A stretch of DNA of 64,000 bases from Candidatus Poribacteria bacterium. Its GTDB lineage: Bacteria; Poribacteria; WGA-4E; WGA-3G. The position numbers and the translations under genes were made by a program. The notes below the pieces were generated by a model, which was not told the DNA's origin, made no database searches, and saw only the letters and a program-made list of their open reading frames with translations. Shown in pieces: positions 1 through 10,100 of this stretch; within the stretch, counting starts at the first letter, position 1; each line of letters opens with the position of its first letter. The stretch is taken from assembly GCA_965197475.1 (NCBI GenBank), contig CBDANF010000003.1, forward strand, positions 32,001 through 96,000, in the 5' to 3' direction.

Positions 1-71
1 CTAAATCGGGAGAATGTGGATGGTAGTATTGATACCACCTTTAATCTATCAAGTCTAAATTGCACAAATTT

Positions 72-575
72 CTAATGCATACCTATAGAAAATTTATAGC
101 TAAGAATTGTCACCAAAATATACGTTCCGACCAACACTATCCCAAACGGACGTTTCAATTGACTCCCCGATACGAAAATTCCACACCGGAAAACGATCAA
201 AATAAACACCATCGCAGGAAACAAGAATTGGAAAAATTTTCCAGATGCTTGTAAACCTGATGGCGTTGCAGCTGCTGAGACTCCAGCAACAAAGAGGACA
301 TTCAGAATATCCGCACCAATGATGTTTCCGACTGCCAACTCATCATGTCCACGTCGTACTGCTGTTATCGCTGTTACAAGTTCTGGGAGTGATGTGCCAA
401 AAGCGACAAGTGTTGCTGCAATGATTTCCTCTGGCACATTAAACCTAATTGCAAGGATCTTCACAGTTGGGATGAGGATTTGTGCAGCAATAACAACAAT
501 TGCAATTGACCCAATGAGTTTAAAAAGTGTAACAAACGTACTAGATCCATCCGGCTCTGGTTCTTCATCGTGCCC
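72..575 (-). pseudogene. C-terminal half of a Ca2+/Na+ antiporter (YrbG/CaCA family), 5' truncated
   Basis: One alpha-repeat (GTSLPEL...GNIIGADILN) and hydrophobic helices. The N-terminal half is absent, and the ORF start lies in a tmRNA-like fragment. Confidence 0.75.
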
Positions 576-579
576 GGAA

Positions 580-604
580 GTGGGTTCAATTCCCACCACC
601 TCCA
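580..604 (+). other. isolated 3' end of tmRNA (or tRNA-Ala-like), probable att-site remnant
   Basis: GTGGG-TTCAATT-CCCAC T-arm followed by CACCTCCA, the acceptor 3' strand that would pair with GGGGGTG giving G3.U70. No 5' half nearby. Confidence 0.65.
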
Positions 605-626
605 TTGAAGTGTATATTGCAACACT

Positions 627-2258
627 TCAACCAATCGCTTCCCTCGCTTCCAAAACCTTTTCAACGACCATTTTTACATCTTCTTCATCAACAAACGGGG
701 ATAGAATAAACGATTTTAAAGCAACAATTGGCTCTCCATAAGTGGTTTTACGGTAGCAATCGGTCGTCGAGATAAAAACACCTCGTCCCTCCATCGCCTC
801 AGAATTCACGTATTGGAAGATTTCGCGATTGTAAACGTTGTGGGCAATTAAAATGTCCCGATTAGTAGCATCTTCAAATTCCTGCCGTTTGATTTCAAAT
901 GTATCTACACCGACTGGATAAGCACGGAAAAGTGTAACAGTCCCGAAATTTCCCCGATTCAGGACGGTTGTGCCTTCGTGTCCTCCCAGATGTTCTCGTA
1001 GAAGTTGCGTCATTTCAACGATGTGTCCAAGAATAGCGCGCAACCCTTCTTCCCCGAACAATCGTAGATTAGCAAGGGCAGCAAGAGTTCCTGTACCAGC
1101 TCTTGAGGTTTCAAGCGTAAACATTCCAGGGCGATACTGCCCAAATTGGAATAGAAAAGGCATCTGTTCAGGAGACCTTTTCAACATATCCAGATCAGCT
1201 TGATTTTTGACTAGTATGAGGCTGGAAATATAAGGCGCGAAGCCAGTTTTGTGGAAGTCAATGCCGACAGAATCTGCAAGGGAAAGGTGTCGTATCCTCC
1301 TGCAAGCACCTGCTAAAGCACGGATAGTACGCGGACGAAATCCTAATGGGTTCTCCTCCCAATCGTAGTTGTTGAAAACAGACCATGCCCATCCGATGAC
1401 AGCGTCAGCGTGGATATGCGGTTGATAGTCAAGTCCAAATTCCTCAACAAGGGTTTCACGCAATGCAACGATTTGCAGTAAATTGTCCAAACCGAATGCA
1501 TCGGTAGTACCCAATGTAGCAATAATACAGGCAATCTTTTTTCCGTTCGTGAGTGCTTTTCGCAACTCTTGCTCAAGTAATTCAAGGTCAATTTCGTTTT
1601 CAACAGTTGTCGGAATAGTAATCAGATTGTTTGTGCCTATTCCGAGCCAACCAGCAATAGTCGCAGCACAGTAATGTGCCGCATCTGACACAAAAATGAC
1701 GGCATCTTCAGGTGTTCCTTTTTGAATTGTCTCTGGATATGCTTTTTCTAACCCGATTTTCACCCCATAGAGAGTGGTTCCAGTTCCACCAAAGGTAAAC
1801 ACACCACTTGACTGTTCTGGATCATATCCGATCAATTTTGATGTCATGGCAACGACTTCAACTTCAGCTAATGCCACTAATCGGCTGGATTCATCCCAAA
1901 CAAGGTTCGGATTATGCAAAGAAGCAAGGAGTACCCCTATTAGACTCGGAATTGTCGTGGGTCCAATAACATTTTGTTGCGTGCGCGGGTGCCCAAAGAT
2001 CGTCATGCCTCGGAGATAACTGACAAGGTTAGTTGTCACTTCTTCAACTGAGGAAATTGTTTCCGGTAACTCTGTCTTCTTTGCTGCTTCAAAATCTGCG
2101 GTAACGATACTGTCAAGCATCGGCAGATGTGTTTTTAGTGCGTCTACCTGGTCCAAGGCACGCATCATGGAATGCACAAAGTATGAGTCATGTATAGTAT
2201 TAGATACAGGTTGAGGAAATGCAAGTTTTATTTTTTCTAAAATGTTTCGGTATGTCAT
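627..2258 (-). CDS. group II PLP-dependent amino-acid decarboxylase
   Basis: Motifs FTFGGT, AAHY, ATLGTT, HADAVIG and DFHK (PLP lysine). Confidence 0.9.
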   Translation of the reverse strand: MTYRNILEKIKLAFPQPVSNTIHDSYFVHSMMRALDQVDALKTHLPMLDSIVTADFEAAKKTELPETISSVEEVTTNLVSYLRGMTIFGHPRTQQNVIGPTTIPSLIGVLLASLHNPNLVWDESSRLVALAEVEVVAMTSKLIGYDPEQSSGVFTFGGTGTTLYGVKIGLEKAYPETIQKGTPEDAVIFVSDAAHYCAATIAGWLGIGTNNLITIPTTVENEIDLELLEQELRKALTNGKKIACIIATLGTTDAFGLDNLLQIVALRETLVEEFGLDYQPHIHADAVIGWAWSVFNNYDWEENPLGFRPRTIRALAGACRRIRHLSLADSVGIDFHKTGFAPYISSLILVKNQADLDMLKRSPEQMPFLFQFGQYRPGMFTLETSRAGTGTLAALANLRLFGEEGLRAILGHIVEMTQLLREHLGGHEGTTVLNRGNFGTVTLFRAYPVGVDTFEIKRQEFEDATNRDILIAHNVYNREIFQYVNSEAMEGRGVFISTTDCYRKTTYGEPIVALKSFILSPFVDEEDVKMVVEKVLEAREAIG

Positions 2259-2487
2259 TTTTGCTCCTAAAGTGAAGTATATTTCTACTTGGATTTTCCA
2301 CAGATACTTAGCTCAAGAAAGTGCGTTTTTGTGGGTAGGATTGGGGTTTAGATATGAATAGACGTATCTGTGTTTACATTAAATATGATAACATTTCACT
2401 TTACGGATTTCAATGTGATTTGAGTATAGGAGTTCGGGATTAAGCGAAAGGTTGTCTGCGACTTTTTAATGTAAAACGGTTGAGTCT

Positions 2488-4881
2488 TTAAGAGAGTTTT
2501 GCACGGATAGCCTCAAAATCAGTTCCTTTCGGCATGACGAAGAGACACTTCCCGTTACTACGCGCTTCCCACAATTTGCCGATTTCGCGTTTTTCTTTTG
2601 AATCATCATTTGACCATAGATGACTGCCTTTGGATTCAATAACTAAATAGCGTCCATTGGTTAAGAGACAAACAAAATCGGGGTAAAACCTATCGGTTGA
2701 AGTCTGTAACCAAAAAGAAAGTGCTGGCTGGCGTTCAATATTACGTACCCAATACTTAACTTGGGGCAATGTGTCAATAAAATGGGCACACTTGAATTCT
2801 TCACCCTCTGCTTTCAGATCACCAACGTGAGGGTAATAGTGTTTTTGAAATTGATATGGTCCTTCATAACGAGTGTTGTAAGGGTAACGGTGTGAGTCAA
2901 AGGAAAAGCAATGATCCGGTGAAACAACAACTGGCGTTGCGCATTCAGGCAAAAGAAGATTATGGTATGCGCCAAGGTGTACGTTTTGGCGATGGCTGTC
3001 AATTTTCGCTGCAGCGGCATCTTTGAGAGCGTACTTGTTCCGGATAAGGACATCTATTGTCATCTCTCGATCTTCAATAAGATGCTTAACTAACCGCTGA
3101 AGGTAGGGAAGTGACTCGCGGCGTAGAATATCCAGATGCAAAATAGCTCTGTCAAGCCAGTCAGCGAGACGTGCAGCATCCCAGTTTTTGTCAGGTGCAA
3201 GGAGAGTCATCTGTTGATGTAGGACACCTAAATATTGCATCTCAACTCTTCCTTCTTCAGAAATACCGATTTCACCATGTTCTCCTGTATTGAATTCGGC
3301 TGGAAATTCTTCTTCAGTAAGTTCAGCATCACATTCGGATAACTGCCATACAGTTTCTAAAAAACGGGATGCCTCAAAATCAAGGAATGTCTGATTCTGC
3401 TGGACCATTAACTTCGGCACTTTAAAGGTTTCCCCTTGTTCAGCAGGGGCAGGCTCAGGATCAGGTGGTGTTAAACCTTCAAAAATGGGAAGAACGGGTT
3501 GTTCCTCGTCTATAGGGCGAATAAGTTCAGCAGCTGCTTGCTTCTGAAATCCGTTCTGAACGAGACCATCGGCTAAGGCGGAAGCAGCATCGTAGAAGTT
3601 CCGAGAGGCAACAAAAGCGTAGGCATTATTAAGGGCTGCCTGTTTCTTACGTTGTGCTTTCGGCAGGCGCATGACTCTGCCCAATATCTGTTCAACAGCA
3701 GTTGAGGATTTCATTTCGGCGACAGAGCAAAGAACATAGGCGAACGGACAATCCCACCCTTCCCGCAATGCTTGCACTGTGATAACGTAACGGATTTGAC
3801 ACTCCGGATCATTGATGTCTACGTCGTCAAGTTCCTTGTCCTCACCTGTGGCGCGAGCGATTTGTTCCTTGGGGATGTTGTGCTCTTCAAGTAGACACTT
3901 CTCAACGACTTCAACAGTCAAAGTTTCTTTGTCTTTGTGTCTTGGTTGTGCCTGAAGCAGCATAATAGGACGGATGTATTCACCTGTTTCCTCCCGTTCT
4001 CTCTCTGCTTCTAATTCAAGTGTGTTGCGTTGTGCTATAGCTGCAGAGAGCAGCTGTTTCCAATCCAGTTTGGTTTCTAACAGGATAGGCATTTTGATCA
4101 TGTCTTCCGCCTGCAGTTCCGCTGCGGAAACTGTATAGAGAACATTGGAAGGGTTTTGGGTTGTATCGGGTGTTGCGGTAAATTCAATGATTGCCGATGG
4201 ATTGAATCGGGCAAGTGTATCAAAAGAGAGTTCAGTCCGTGCATTGTGCGCTTCATCAACGATCACGAGCGGACGTTTGACGCATAGAAGGTTCGCGAGC
4301 GAATAGATAGGTTTACCACTTTCATCACGCTCAATTTCGGAGAGCGTTTCGTCAGACAGGTGTGTGAAATGTCCCATCAACGTACCCGACTGCTCGTAAA
4401 CTTTGCGCCCATCCGTGTCTTCAACGCGAAATGCTTGCATCGTCGAAACAATAATTGTGGTTTTGGTGTTCAGAATATGTAGCGGCAGGGAGAGTGCTTC
4501 ACCTATCGTGAAAACTTCTACTTTGCGCCTCGCGGATTCGAAAGCATCTCTGTAAGGATGTAGCGGATTTTTAAGTGCACTTAGTGTCTGATCGCGGATG
4601 GCATTTGAAGGCGTAAGCCAAAGCACAAGCGGCGTATCGGTCTTTAAAAGTTCAGATGCAGTGATGCTAACAGCATGGCACGCGACTAACGTTTTTCCAC
4701 CACCTGTAGGCAAACGCAGACAGACATAAGGCATGCCGGACAAGGACTCAATAGGCGCGTAGGGACGTTTGGTAAGATCGTAGAATGCGGTGTTAGCACT
4801 CTTGAAATGAAGGAATTTTTGATAGTATTCTGTCAACGTTTCAAGGGTGCGTTCTTGATATTCTTTGAGGGGGAGGTGCAT
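2488..4881 (-). CDS. res: type III restriction endonuclease Res subunit (SF2 helicase + PD-(D/E)xK nuclease)
   Basis: LPTGGGKT, DEAH, LREGWDCP, EQILGRVMR, and C-terminal YPDF...IESKG. Lies downstream of mod. Confidence 0.88.
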   Translation of the reverse strand: MHLPLKEYQERTLETLTEYYQKFLHFKSANTAFYDLTKRPYAPIESLSGMPYVCLRLPTGGGKTLVACHAVSITASELLKTDTPLVLWLTPSNAIRDQTLSALKNPLHPYRDAFESARRKVEVFTIGEALSLPLHILNTKTTIIVSTMQAFRVEDTDGRKVYEQSGTLMGHFTHLSDETLSEIERDESGKPIYSLANLLCVKRPLVIVDEAHNARTELSFDTLARFNPSAIIEFTATPDTTQNPSNVLYTVSAAELQAEDMIKMPILLETKLDWKQLLSAAIAQRNTLELEAEREREETGEYIRPIMLLQAQPRHKDKETLTVEVVEKCLLEEHNIPKEQIARATGEDKELDDVDINDPECQIRYVITVQALREGWDCPFAYVLCSVAEMKSSTAVEQILGRVMRLPKAQRKKQAALNNAYAFVASRNFYDAASALADGLVQNGFQKQAAAELIRPIDEEQPVLPIFEGLTPPDPEPAPAEQGETFKVPKLMVQQNQTFLDFEASRFLETVWQLSECDAELTEEEFPAEFNTGEHGEIGISEEGRVEMQYLGVLHQQMTLLAPDKNWDAARLADWLDRAILHLDILRRESLPYLQRLVKHLIEDREMTIDVLIRNKYALKDAAAAKIDSHRQNVHLGAYHNLLLPECATPVVVSPDHCFSFDSHRYPYNTRYEGPYQFQKHYYPHVGDLKAEGEEFKCAHFIDTLPQVKYWVRNIERQPALSFWLQTSTDRFYPDFVCLLTNGRYLVIESKGSHLWSNDDSKEKREIGKLWEARSNGKCLFVMPKGTDFEAIRAKLS

Positions 4882-4979
4882 CTTTTGGTTTTCGGAAATT
4901 ATAGATATTTTGTTTTAGTCAAGGATTTATACAGATTGCCCAGAGCCGTTTCGGTCCTTGAATTATTGATGTCTAACAC

Positions 4980-5297
4980 TTAGAGTTCTGCCAGTTTTGG
5001 AATGTGTTCACTTTCATAATCTTTAATGAGTGTACCAACGAAATGCATCAAGGGTGCCAAGGGGTGATTTTCTGATCCATCAACGAGATCCAGTAAATCA
5101 TCTAGTCGGGAAGCAAGCTGCTGATATTCGATTTCCTGCAATGGAACTGGTATGTGATTTTCGTTTTGGGTCATGAGGTCAATTAAATCGCATAACACTT
5201 TGACAAGTAGTTGCAATTCGCTTTTACCGCGTGGGCGAAAGGCGATTGATGTTTCCATTGGAGATATATTTGGTGTAATTTGTGTTTTAGGGACCAT
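4980..5297 (-). CDS. HigA-like antitoxin, N-terminal part only (no C-terminal HTH)
   Basis: EYQ..LDDLLDLV...HPLAPL...GTLIKDYESEH pattern; directly follows HigB. Confidence 0.65.
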   Translation of the reverse strand: MVPKTQITPNISPMETSIAFRPRGKSELQLLVKVLCDLIDLMTQNENHIPVPLQEIEYQQLASRLDDLLDLVDGSENHPLAPLMHFVGTLIKDYESEHIPKLAEL

Positions 5298-5300
5298 CGT

Positions 5301-5588
5301 TTACTCCTTCCATCTTCCTCTATCATACTCGGCATGTGTTAGGACATCCCGAATGTAGATCCTCTGTTCGCCATAGAAGATATAAGTGATAAGACGTGCC
5401 TTGTTACCAGCAATGTTGAAAACCGTCAAATTTCCTACCCGATCTGCGTGGGGGAACACTGAACGTAACTCTTCAAACGAACTAAAATCTCTTTCCTGCA
5501 TTAAACGATACCAACGGTTGAGCGATGGTTTTGTATTTGGATGTTTCTGTGCAAATTCAATGAGTCGGTCTTGCCTGATAATGTCCAT
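5301..5588 (-). CDS. higB: HigB family toxin (mRNA interferase)
   Basis: FPHADRVGNLTVFNIAGNKARLI...THAEYD signature. Confidence 0.9.
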   Translation of the reverse strand: MDIIRQDRLIEFAQKHPNTKPSLNRWYRLMQERDFSSFEELRSVFPHADRVGNLTVFNIAGNKARLITYIFYGEQRIYIRDVLTHAEYDRGRWKE

Positions 5589-5758
5589 CGGAAATCCGTA
5601 TGACGTGCCGCTTTCTCAAGTGTTGCACTACTTTCCTTAGTCTGCCTGCTCTGTTAGGTGAGAAGCCGCATATAGGATTCTACCAAACTTAATTTATTAT
5701 ACAGTGACGGAGGATCGTTAGCAACTAAAATTGTGCCGTGGCACAGGATACACGCCTG

Positions 5759-5864
5759 GATATGTATAGTTTTTGCCAATTTCTATACATATCATGGACA
5801 ATATGTATACTTTCTATACATATCATAACCGATATGTATAGTTTTTGCCAATTTCTATACATAT
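5759..5864. repeat. array of three palindromic units built from ATATGTATAG/CTATACATAT half-sites
   Basis: GATATGTATAG-TTTTTGCCAATTT-CTATACATAT at 5759 and 5831 (identical), with a short-loop variant at 5801-5824. Confidence 0.9.
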
Positions 5865-5905
5865 TAAGTTTAGACATGTTCTCTTTTCAACTAGCTGCTG
5901 GATTG

Positions 5906-7543
5906 CTACACCAAATTATACGGCATTTGGCGGAAGGTTATCCCGCGTTCCTTTAACAACCCTATGCTGAGTTGCGTGCCGCCGCAATGGATAATCTTTC
6001 TGTCATCATGACACGGCAAACGGTTTATGAGCTCGTCGTTAAGGACATCTTCATTGTTGAGCAGGTAGACAGCGGCACCGTCCACGCTCCCTAAAAAGGC
6101 GCGTTGGTGTCTTTCAAGAGTTGTGCAGGAGGCATACGACGGTCTGTCCCCTTCCATAAGATTTAGCACTGTGTCAGCTGCAATCGGAGTACCTGTCTCC
6201 TTGAAAAAGAGGTACTGCGCCATTTCATGAAATGGAATTTCCGATCTTTCCAAGAAGGTCTCACCAACGTGATAATAAGCAAAGGTGTCTTTAGTGCCAA
6301 AACCTTGCAATAGTGTGTTCTCCCGATCAAAGGTGTAGCCTTCACTGACGCGTTTGAGACGTTCCGCTGTAATTTCACGGGCTATCTTCGGCTCCAATTC
6401 AACTAAAATGAATTGGCGATTGCCATTGTCGTCTCGGTTTTGTGCGAGGACAGCGTGACCTGTTGTGCCGCTGCCTGCAAAGGAATCTAAGACAATTGAG
6501 TCAGGACCAGTGGACAAAAAAATCAAACGCTTAATTAGGTCTACAGGCTTACTATTATCAAAAACTTTTTTTTCAAAAATTGCTTTTTGCTCATTTGTGG
6601 CATCAGTTGTTGTTGCAATATCGTAATAAATGCTACGCTCTTTAAGAATTTTCGCTTTGTCTCGTTTCTCATCGAAATAGATAATTTCGTACGGTGTCCA
6701 ACGCCCACTTCTTTTTTCCCAATGAATATGATCTTGATCCAAAGCAGTAGGGCGAGTTCGCCAATTTCCATCATTTCCATCGGGGGCTTGCGGATAAAAG
6801 GGATTCCCATCTGGATCTTCAATTGAGTAAAACATTGTCGGTCTGTCCTCTCTATATGCGTTAGAACCCCATTTTTCAAGTTTCACGAATTTACACTTTC
6901 GTCCGTTTTTGACTTTAGGAAATTCGGCTTGAGTCCTTTCCGCTGTTCTGAATTTCATAGTAAAGGCATCACTTTTTCGGTAACAGAGAATGTATTCATG
7001 TTCTCGTGCGTAGTATTCGGAGTCTTGACCGCCTCCCGATTTTTTTCTCCAGATCAGATTGGCTACAAAGTTGGTTTCACCAAAAATTTCGTTCATTAGT
7101 AAACGTAGGTTCGGTTGTTCGTTATCGTCAAGCGTGATGAAGATCACACCATCTTTTCGGAGGAATTGATGAAGTAAGCAGAGGCGTGGATACATCATGC
7201 AGAGCCATTTGTCGTGCCGAGAAAGATCTGCTGCCAACGAACCGACAGTTTTTCCAAGCCATTTCTGGATGGTTGGGTTGTTAACGTTATCGTTGTAAAC
7301 CCAACTTTCGTTGCCAGTATTATAGGGAGGATCAATAAAGATACATTTGACTTTGCCAGCGTAGTAGGGTAGGAGTGCCTTGAGCGCGGTAAGGTTGTCA
7401 CCTTCAACGAGGAGATTGCCAATGCCAAGCGGTTCATTATCGTATCCGAAGGATCGGTCACGGTCGAGCGTGAGGGTGTGTATCGGCACCTCATCGTGGT
7501 GATTGATAACTGCTTCTTTTCCTATCCAGTTCAAGGTAGGCAT
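5906..7543 (-). CDS. mod: type III R-M Mod subunit (N6-adenine DNA methyltransferase, beta class)
   Basis: MPTLNWIGK start at 7543; IDPPYNTG; HDKWLCMMYPRL; LDSFAGSGTTGHA. Confidence 0.92.
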   Translation of the reverse strand: MPTLNWIGKEAVINHHDEVPIHTLTLDRDRSFGYDNEPLGIGNLLVEGDNLTALKALLPYYAGKVKCIFIDPPYNTGNESWVYNDNVNNPTIQKWLGKTVGSLAADLSRHDKWLCMMYPRLCLLHQFLRKDGVIFITLDDNEQPNLRLLMNEIFGETNFVANLIWRKKSGGGQDSEYYAREHEYILCYRKSDAFTMKFRTAERTQAEFPKVKNGRKCKFVKLEKWGSNAYREDRPTMFYSIEDPDGNPFYPQAPDGNDGNWRTRPTALDQDHIHWEKRSGRWTPYEIIYFDEKRDKAKILKERSIYYDIATTTDATNEQKAIFEKKVFDNSKPVDLIKRLIFLSTGPDSIVLDSFAGSGTTGHAVLAQNRDDNGNRQFILVELEPKIAREITAERLKRVSEGYTFDRENTLLQGFGTKDTFAYYHVGETFLERSEIPFHEMAQYLFFKETGTPIAADTVLNLMEGDRPSYASCTTLERHQRAFLGSVDGAAVYLLNNEDVLNDELINRLPCHDDRKIIHCGGTQLSIGLLKERGITFRQMPYNLV

Positions 7544-7689
7544 GTATGCGGTTTCCTTGTTATCCCTACGGGCACGGGGACATATTCTGCTCACAAGGTC
7601 GGGAACGGTGACTAAATAGATGTGGGACAATCCATGCCGATATGTCTTACAATGACGGTTTTTGTTGAGGTCTTCTGTCTACGGTTTCG

Positions 7690-8394
7690 TTATCGTTTGA
7701 TTCTTCTGTTTTTTTTACGATCGGATGGTGGCACATAATACGACACCACTTTCATGCCTTTCCGTTTGCACTCTTCTTGAACCTTTCTCAAATACGCTGA
7801 GAGTTCTTCAACAGAATTGAATTGGGCATTGAATTCTTCTTTCATTCGGTAGCACTCTTCAAGAATCGGATCAGTGTAATTTTCAAGGTTTTCTTTCATC
7901 TGATACCTCTCAATTAATTCTGCAGGCGTACAGATAATTATTGGTTCAAAACCTGCATCTAGACAAACTTGGTTGATATTTTCTTGTTTGTTTTCATTAA
8001 CAATATGCTTCTGGTTCCATGATACAAGGTATTCAACACCGTGTACCGTGGCAATAGCGATATGTTCCGCATCTGACCGAAAACTGTGTGGTACTGCTCC
8101 GGAATCCAACAATTTCTGGGTGAGTATATCAGTTTCAGGTAAAACTTCCAATACCGTTAGATGTGATAAAACTTCACGTCGCCGCTTTGCTGCGTCTGCG
8201 TCCCCCTCATTTGCCTCGGTGAGAACTACAGGCGAAATTACAAATGTGAATTTATCCTTATAGTCTTCCCAGAATTGCCGTGTTATCTGTTGCCAAGACG
8301 CTAACGCTGAATGTTTACTAGGCCTAGCCGCCAAATAACTAATAACCGTTGTCTCAAGGTAGACCCTTGATTTTCTCTCTGTATAGTATACCAT
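7690..8394 (-). CDS. PIN-domain (VapC-like) protein fused to a short DPILEE-type partner domain
   Basis: VYLETTVISY, DAEHIAIAT and LVSWNQKHI PIN motifs. After ICTPAEL the frame continues into MKEN..DPILEECYRMKEE. Confidence 0.8.
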   Translation of the reverse strand: MVYYTERKSRVYLETTVISYLAARPSKHSALASWQQITRQFWEDYKDKFTFVISPVVLTEANEGDADAAKRRREVLSHLTVLEVLPETDILTQKLLDSGAVPHSFRSDAEHIAIATVHGVEYLVSWNQKHIVNENKQENINQVCLDAGFEPIIICTPAELIERYQMKENLENYTDPILEECYRMKEEFNAQFNSVEELSAYLRKVQEECKRKGMKVVSYYVPPSDRKKNRRIKR

Positions 8395-8722
8395 GAAATG
8401 TTGTTGTTTTGAAGAATAAAAATAATAATACTGATATTTCTCAGAATGGTCTTGAACCTAATAATAATCAATAGAAACAAGGTATAGCACCATGGAAATG
8501 CGTTTTTGCTGTGTCCATTTTCCTTGACTTTTATAGCATGAGATAGCATCCTAATTACAGATTTGAATATAAACAAACATTAGGAGGATATCTCATGCTA
8601 ACTCAGCTTATCAAATCTACCACTTTTTTTCAAGAACTTCTATTGTACTGCCACCGGAAATTCGGGCCGCTCTCTAAGACAAGATTATGGTATAATATCC
8701 ATCTCCTTGAAAGGAGTATCCG

Positions 8723-9013
8723 ATGGCGAAACGAAAACGAAGAAACTTCACCCCCGAGTTTAAAGCCGAAGTTGTTCTTGAGGCTCTCAGCGTTGAAAGT
8801 TCCCAAGCAGAAGTGTGTCGGCGACATAACCTCATCGATGAACAACTTTCAAAGTGGAAGCGACAGCTTCTTGAAAAAGCGGCGACCCTCTTTGAACCCG
8901 CTGATAAACAGTCTGATGCCTCTGCGGAGCGGATCGCCCAACTTGAGCAACTCGTTGGGCGGTTGACCTTGGCACTTGACATCCAAAAAAAAGCCTCAAC
9001 TTACTTGAGTTAG
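8723..9013 (+). CDS. IS3 transposase OrfA (HTH)
   Basis: RRNFTPEFKAEVVLE...LSKWKRQ. Confidence 0.92.
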   Translation: MAKRKRRNFTPEFKAEVVLEALSVESSQAEVCRRHNLIDEQLSKWKRQLLEKAATLFEPADKQSDASAERIAQLEQLVGRLTLALDIQKKASTYLS

Positions 9014-9018
9014 CCTCG

Positions 9019-9849
9019 ATGGAGCAGCGAGAAATGGTTACGGCATTACGGACAGACTTTTCGGTTCGGCAGATATGTGAGACACTCGGTTTCAACCGAA
9101 GCAACCTCTATTATCACCCCAAGCAGGCCCCGTATGAAGCGGGTCTCCAGGATGAAATAGAGACGTTATCTTTGCTATATCCAACATACGGATATAGGCG
9201 TCCCACACAGTTGTTGGTGCGTAACGGATACACCATCGGGTATAAACGTGTTGCCCGATTGATGAAGTCCGCCAACCTCTCGGTTTCTGTCAAGCGTGTC
9301 TGTCAAACCACGACATCCGTTGCGGGTGTGCGTCCCTGGAGCAATCGCCTTGAAAACCTTGATGTCTCCCGATGTAATCAGGCCTGGGTGGGCGATATTA
9401 CCTACGTCCGCCTCAAAGGACACTTTATCTATGTTTGTCTGCTCATGGATGTCTTCACTCGCATGATCAGAGGGTGGCATATCAGTCAACACTTGACGCA
9501 ATCTCTGACGTTGAAACCCTTGGAGACAGCATTATGTCAAAGTGTCCCAGAGATCCATCATTCTGATCAAGGCGTTCAATATCTTTCAAATGCGTCCATC
9601 TCACTGCTTAGGCATCATGGGATTGAGATTTCAGTCGCCCGGAGAGGGTGTCCTTGGGAGAACGGATATGCTGAAAGACTTATCCGCACGCTCAAGGAAG
9701 AAGAAGTTCATCTCAATGACTATGAGGACATCCACGAAGCAAGAACCCGCATTGGGCATTTTATTACACAAGTGTATAATCACAAACGCCCTCACTCTGC
9801 GTTAGGGTATTTGACACCTGTGGAATTTGAGCAAAAAAACTTGTCTTAA
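9019..9849 (+). CDS. IS3 transposase OrfB (DDE/rve)
   Basis: WVGDITY, HHSDQGVQY, ENGYAER..RTLKEE, YNHKRPHSALGY. Confidence 0.93.
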   Translation: MEQREMVTALRTDFSVRQICETLGFNRSNLYYHPKQAPYEAGLQDEIETLSLLYPTYGYRRPTQLLVRNGYTIGYKRVARLMKSANLSVSVKRVCQTTTSVAGVRPWSNRLENLDVSRCNQAWVGDITYVRLKGHFIYVCLLMDVFTRMIRGWHISQHLTQSLTLKPLETALCQSVPEIHHSDQGVQYLSNASISLLRHHGIEISVARRGCPWENGYAERLIRTLKEEEVHLNDYEDIHEARTRIGHFITQVYNHKRPHSALGYLTPVEFEQKNLS

Positions 9850-10100
9850 CTTTGCTAAATTTTGGTCTGAATAAACGGTAGCACTTCAAATGGTTAATGC
9901 CGAAAACTTTACACACCCCATAACTTAAAACGGATTGCAAAATAGAAACAAATATGCTAAACTGAAAACCATAGAAAATATCTGTATCTTATAAGCTGTT
10001 ATACCAAATTAACGGGATTAGTCTTATTTTTCTAGGCAGACAGCGCGCTTACCGAGTGGGATCAAGTTAATTTGGTATTATATCTTCGATTAGATTTCCA

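Larger units (their letters stand above)
8644..9888 (+). mobile_element. IS3-family insertion sequence
   Basis: Imperfect TIRs TGTACTGCCACCGGAAATTCGGGCC / TGAAGTGCTACCGTTTATTCAGACC (TG...CA ends). orfA and orfB in -1 frame with an A8G slippery site at about 8985-8993. Confidence 0.92.

Noticed and set aside
5759-5864. Possible CRISPR array
   Set aside because: Only two full units, the intervening sequence is itself repeat-derived, and there are no cas genes.
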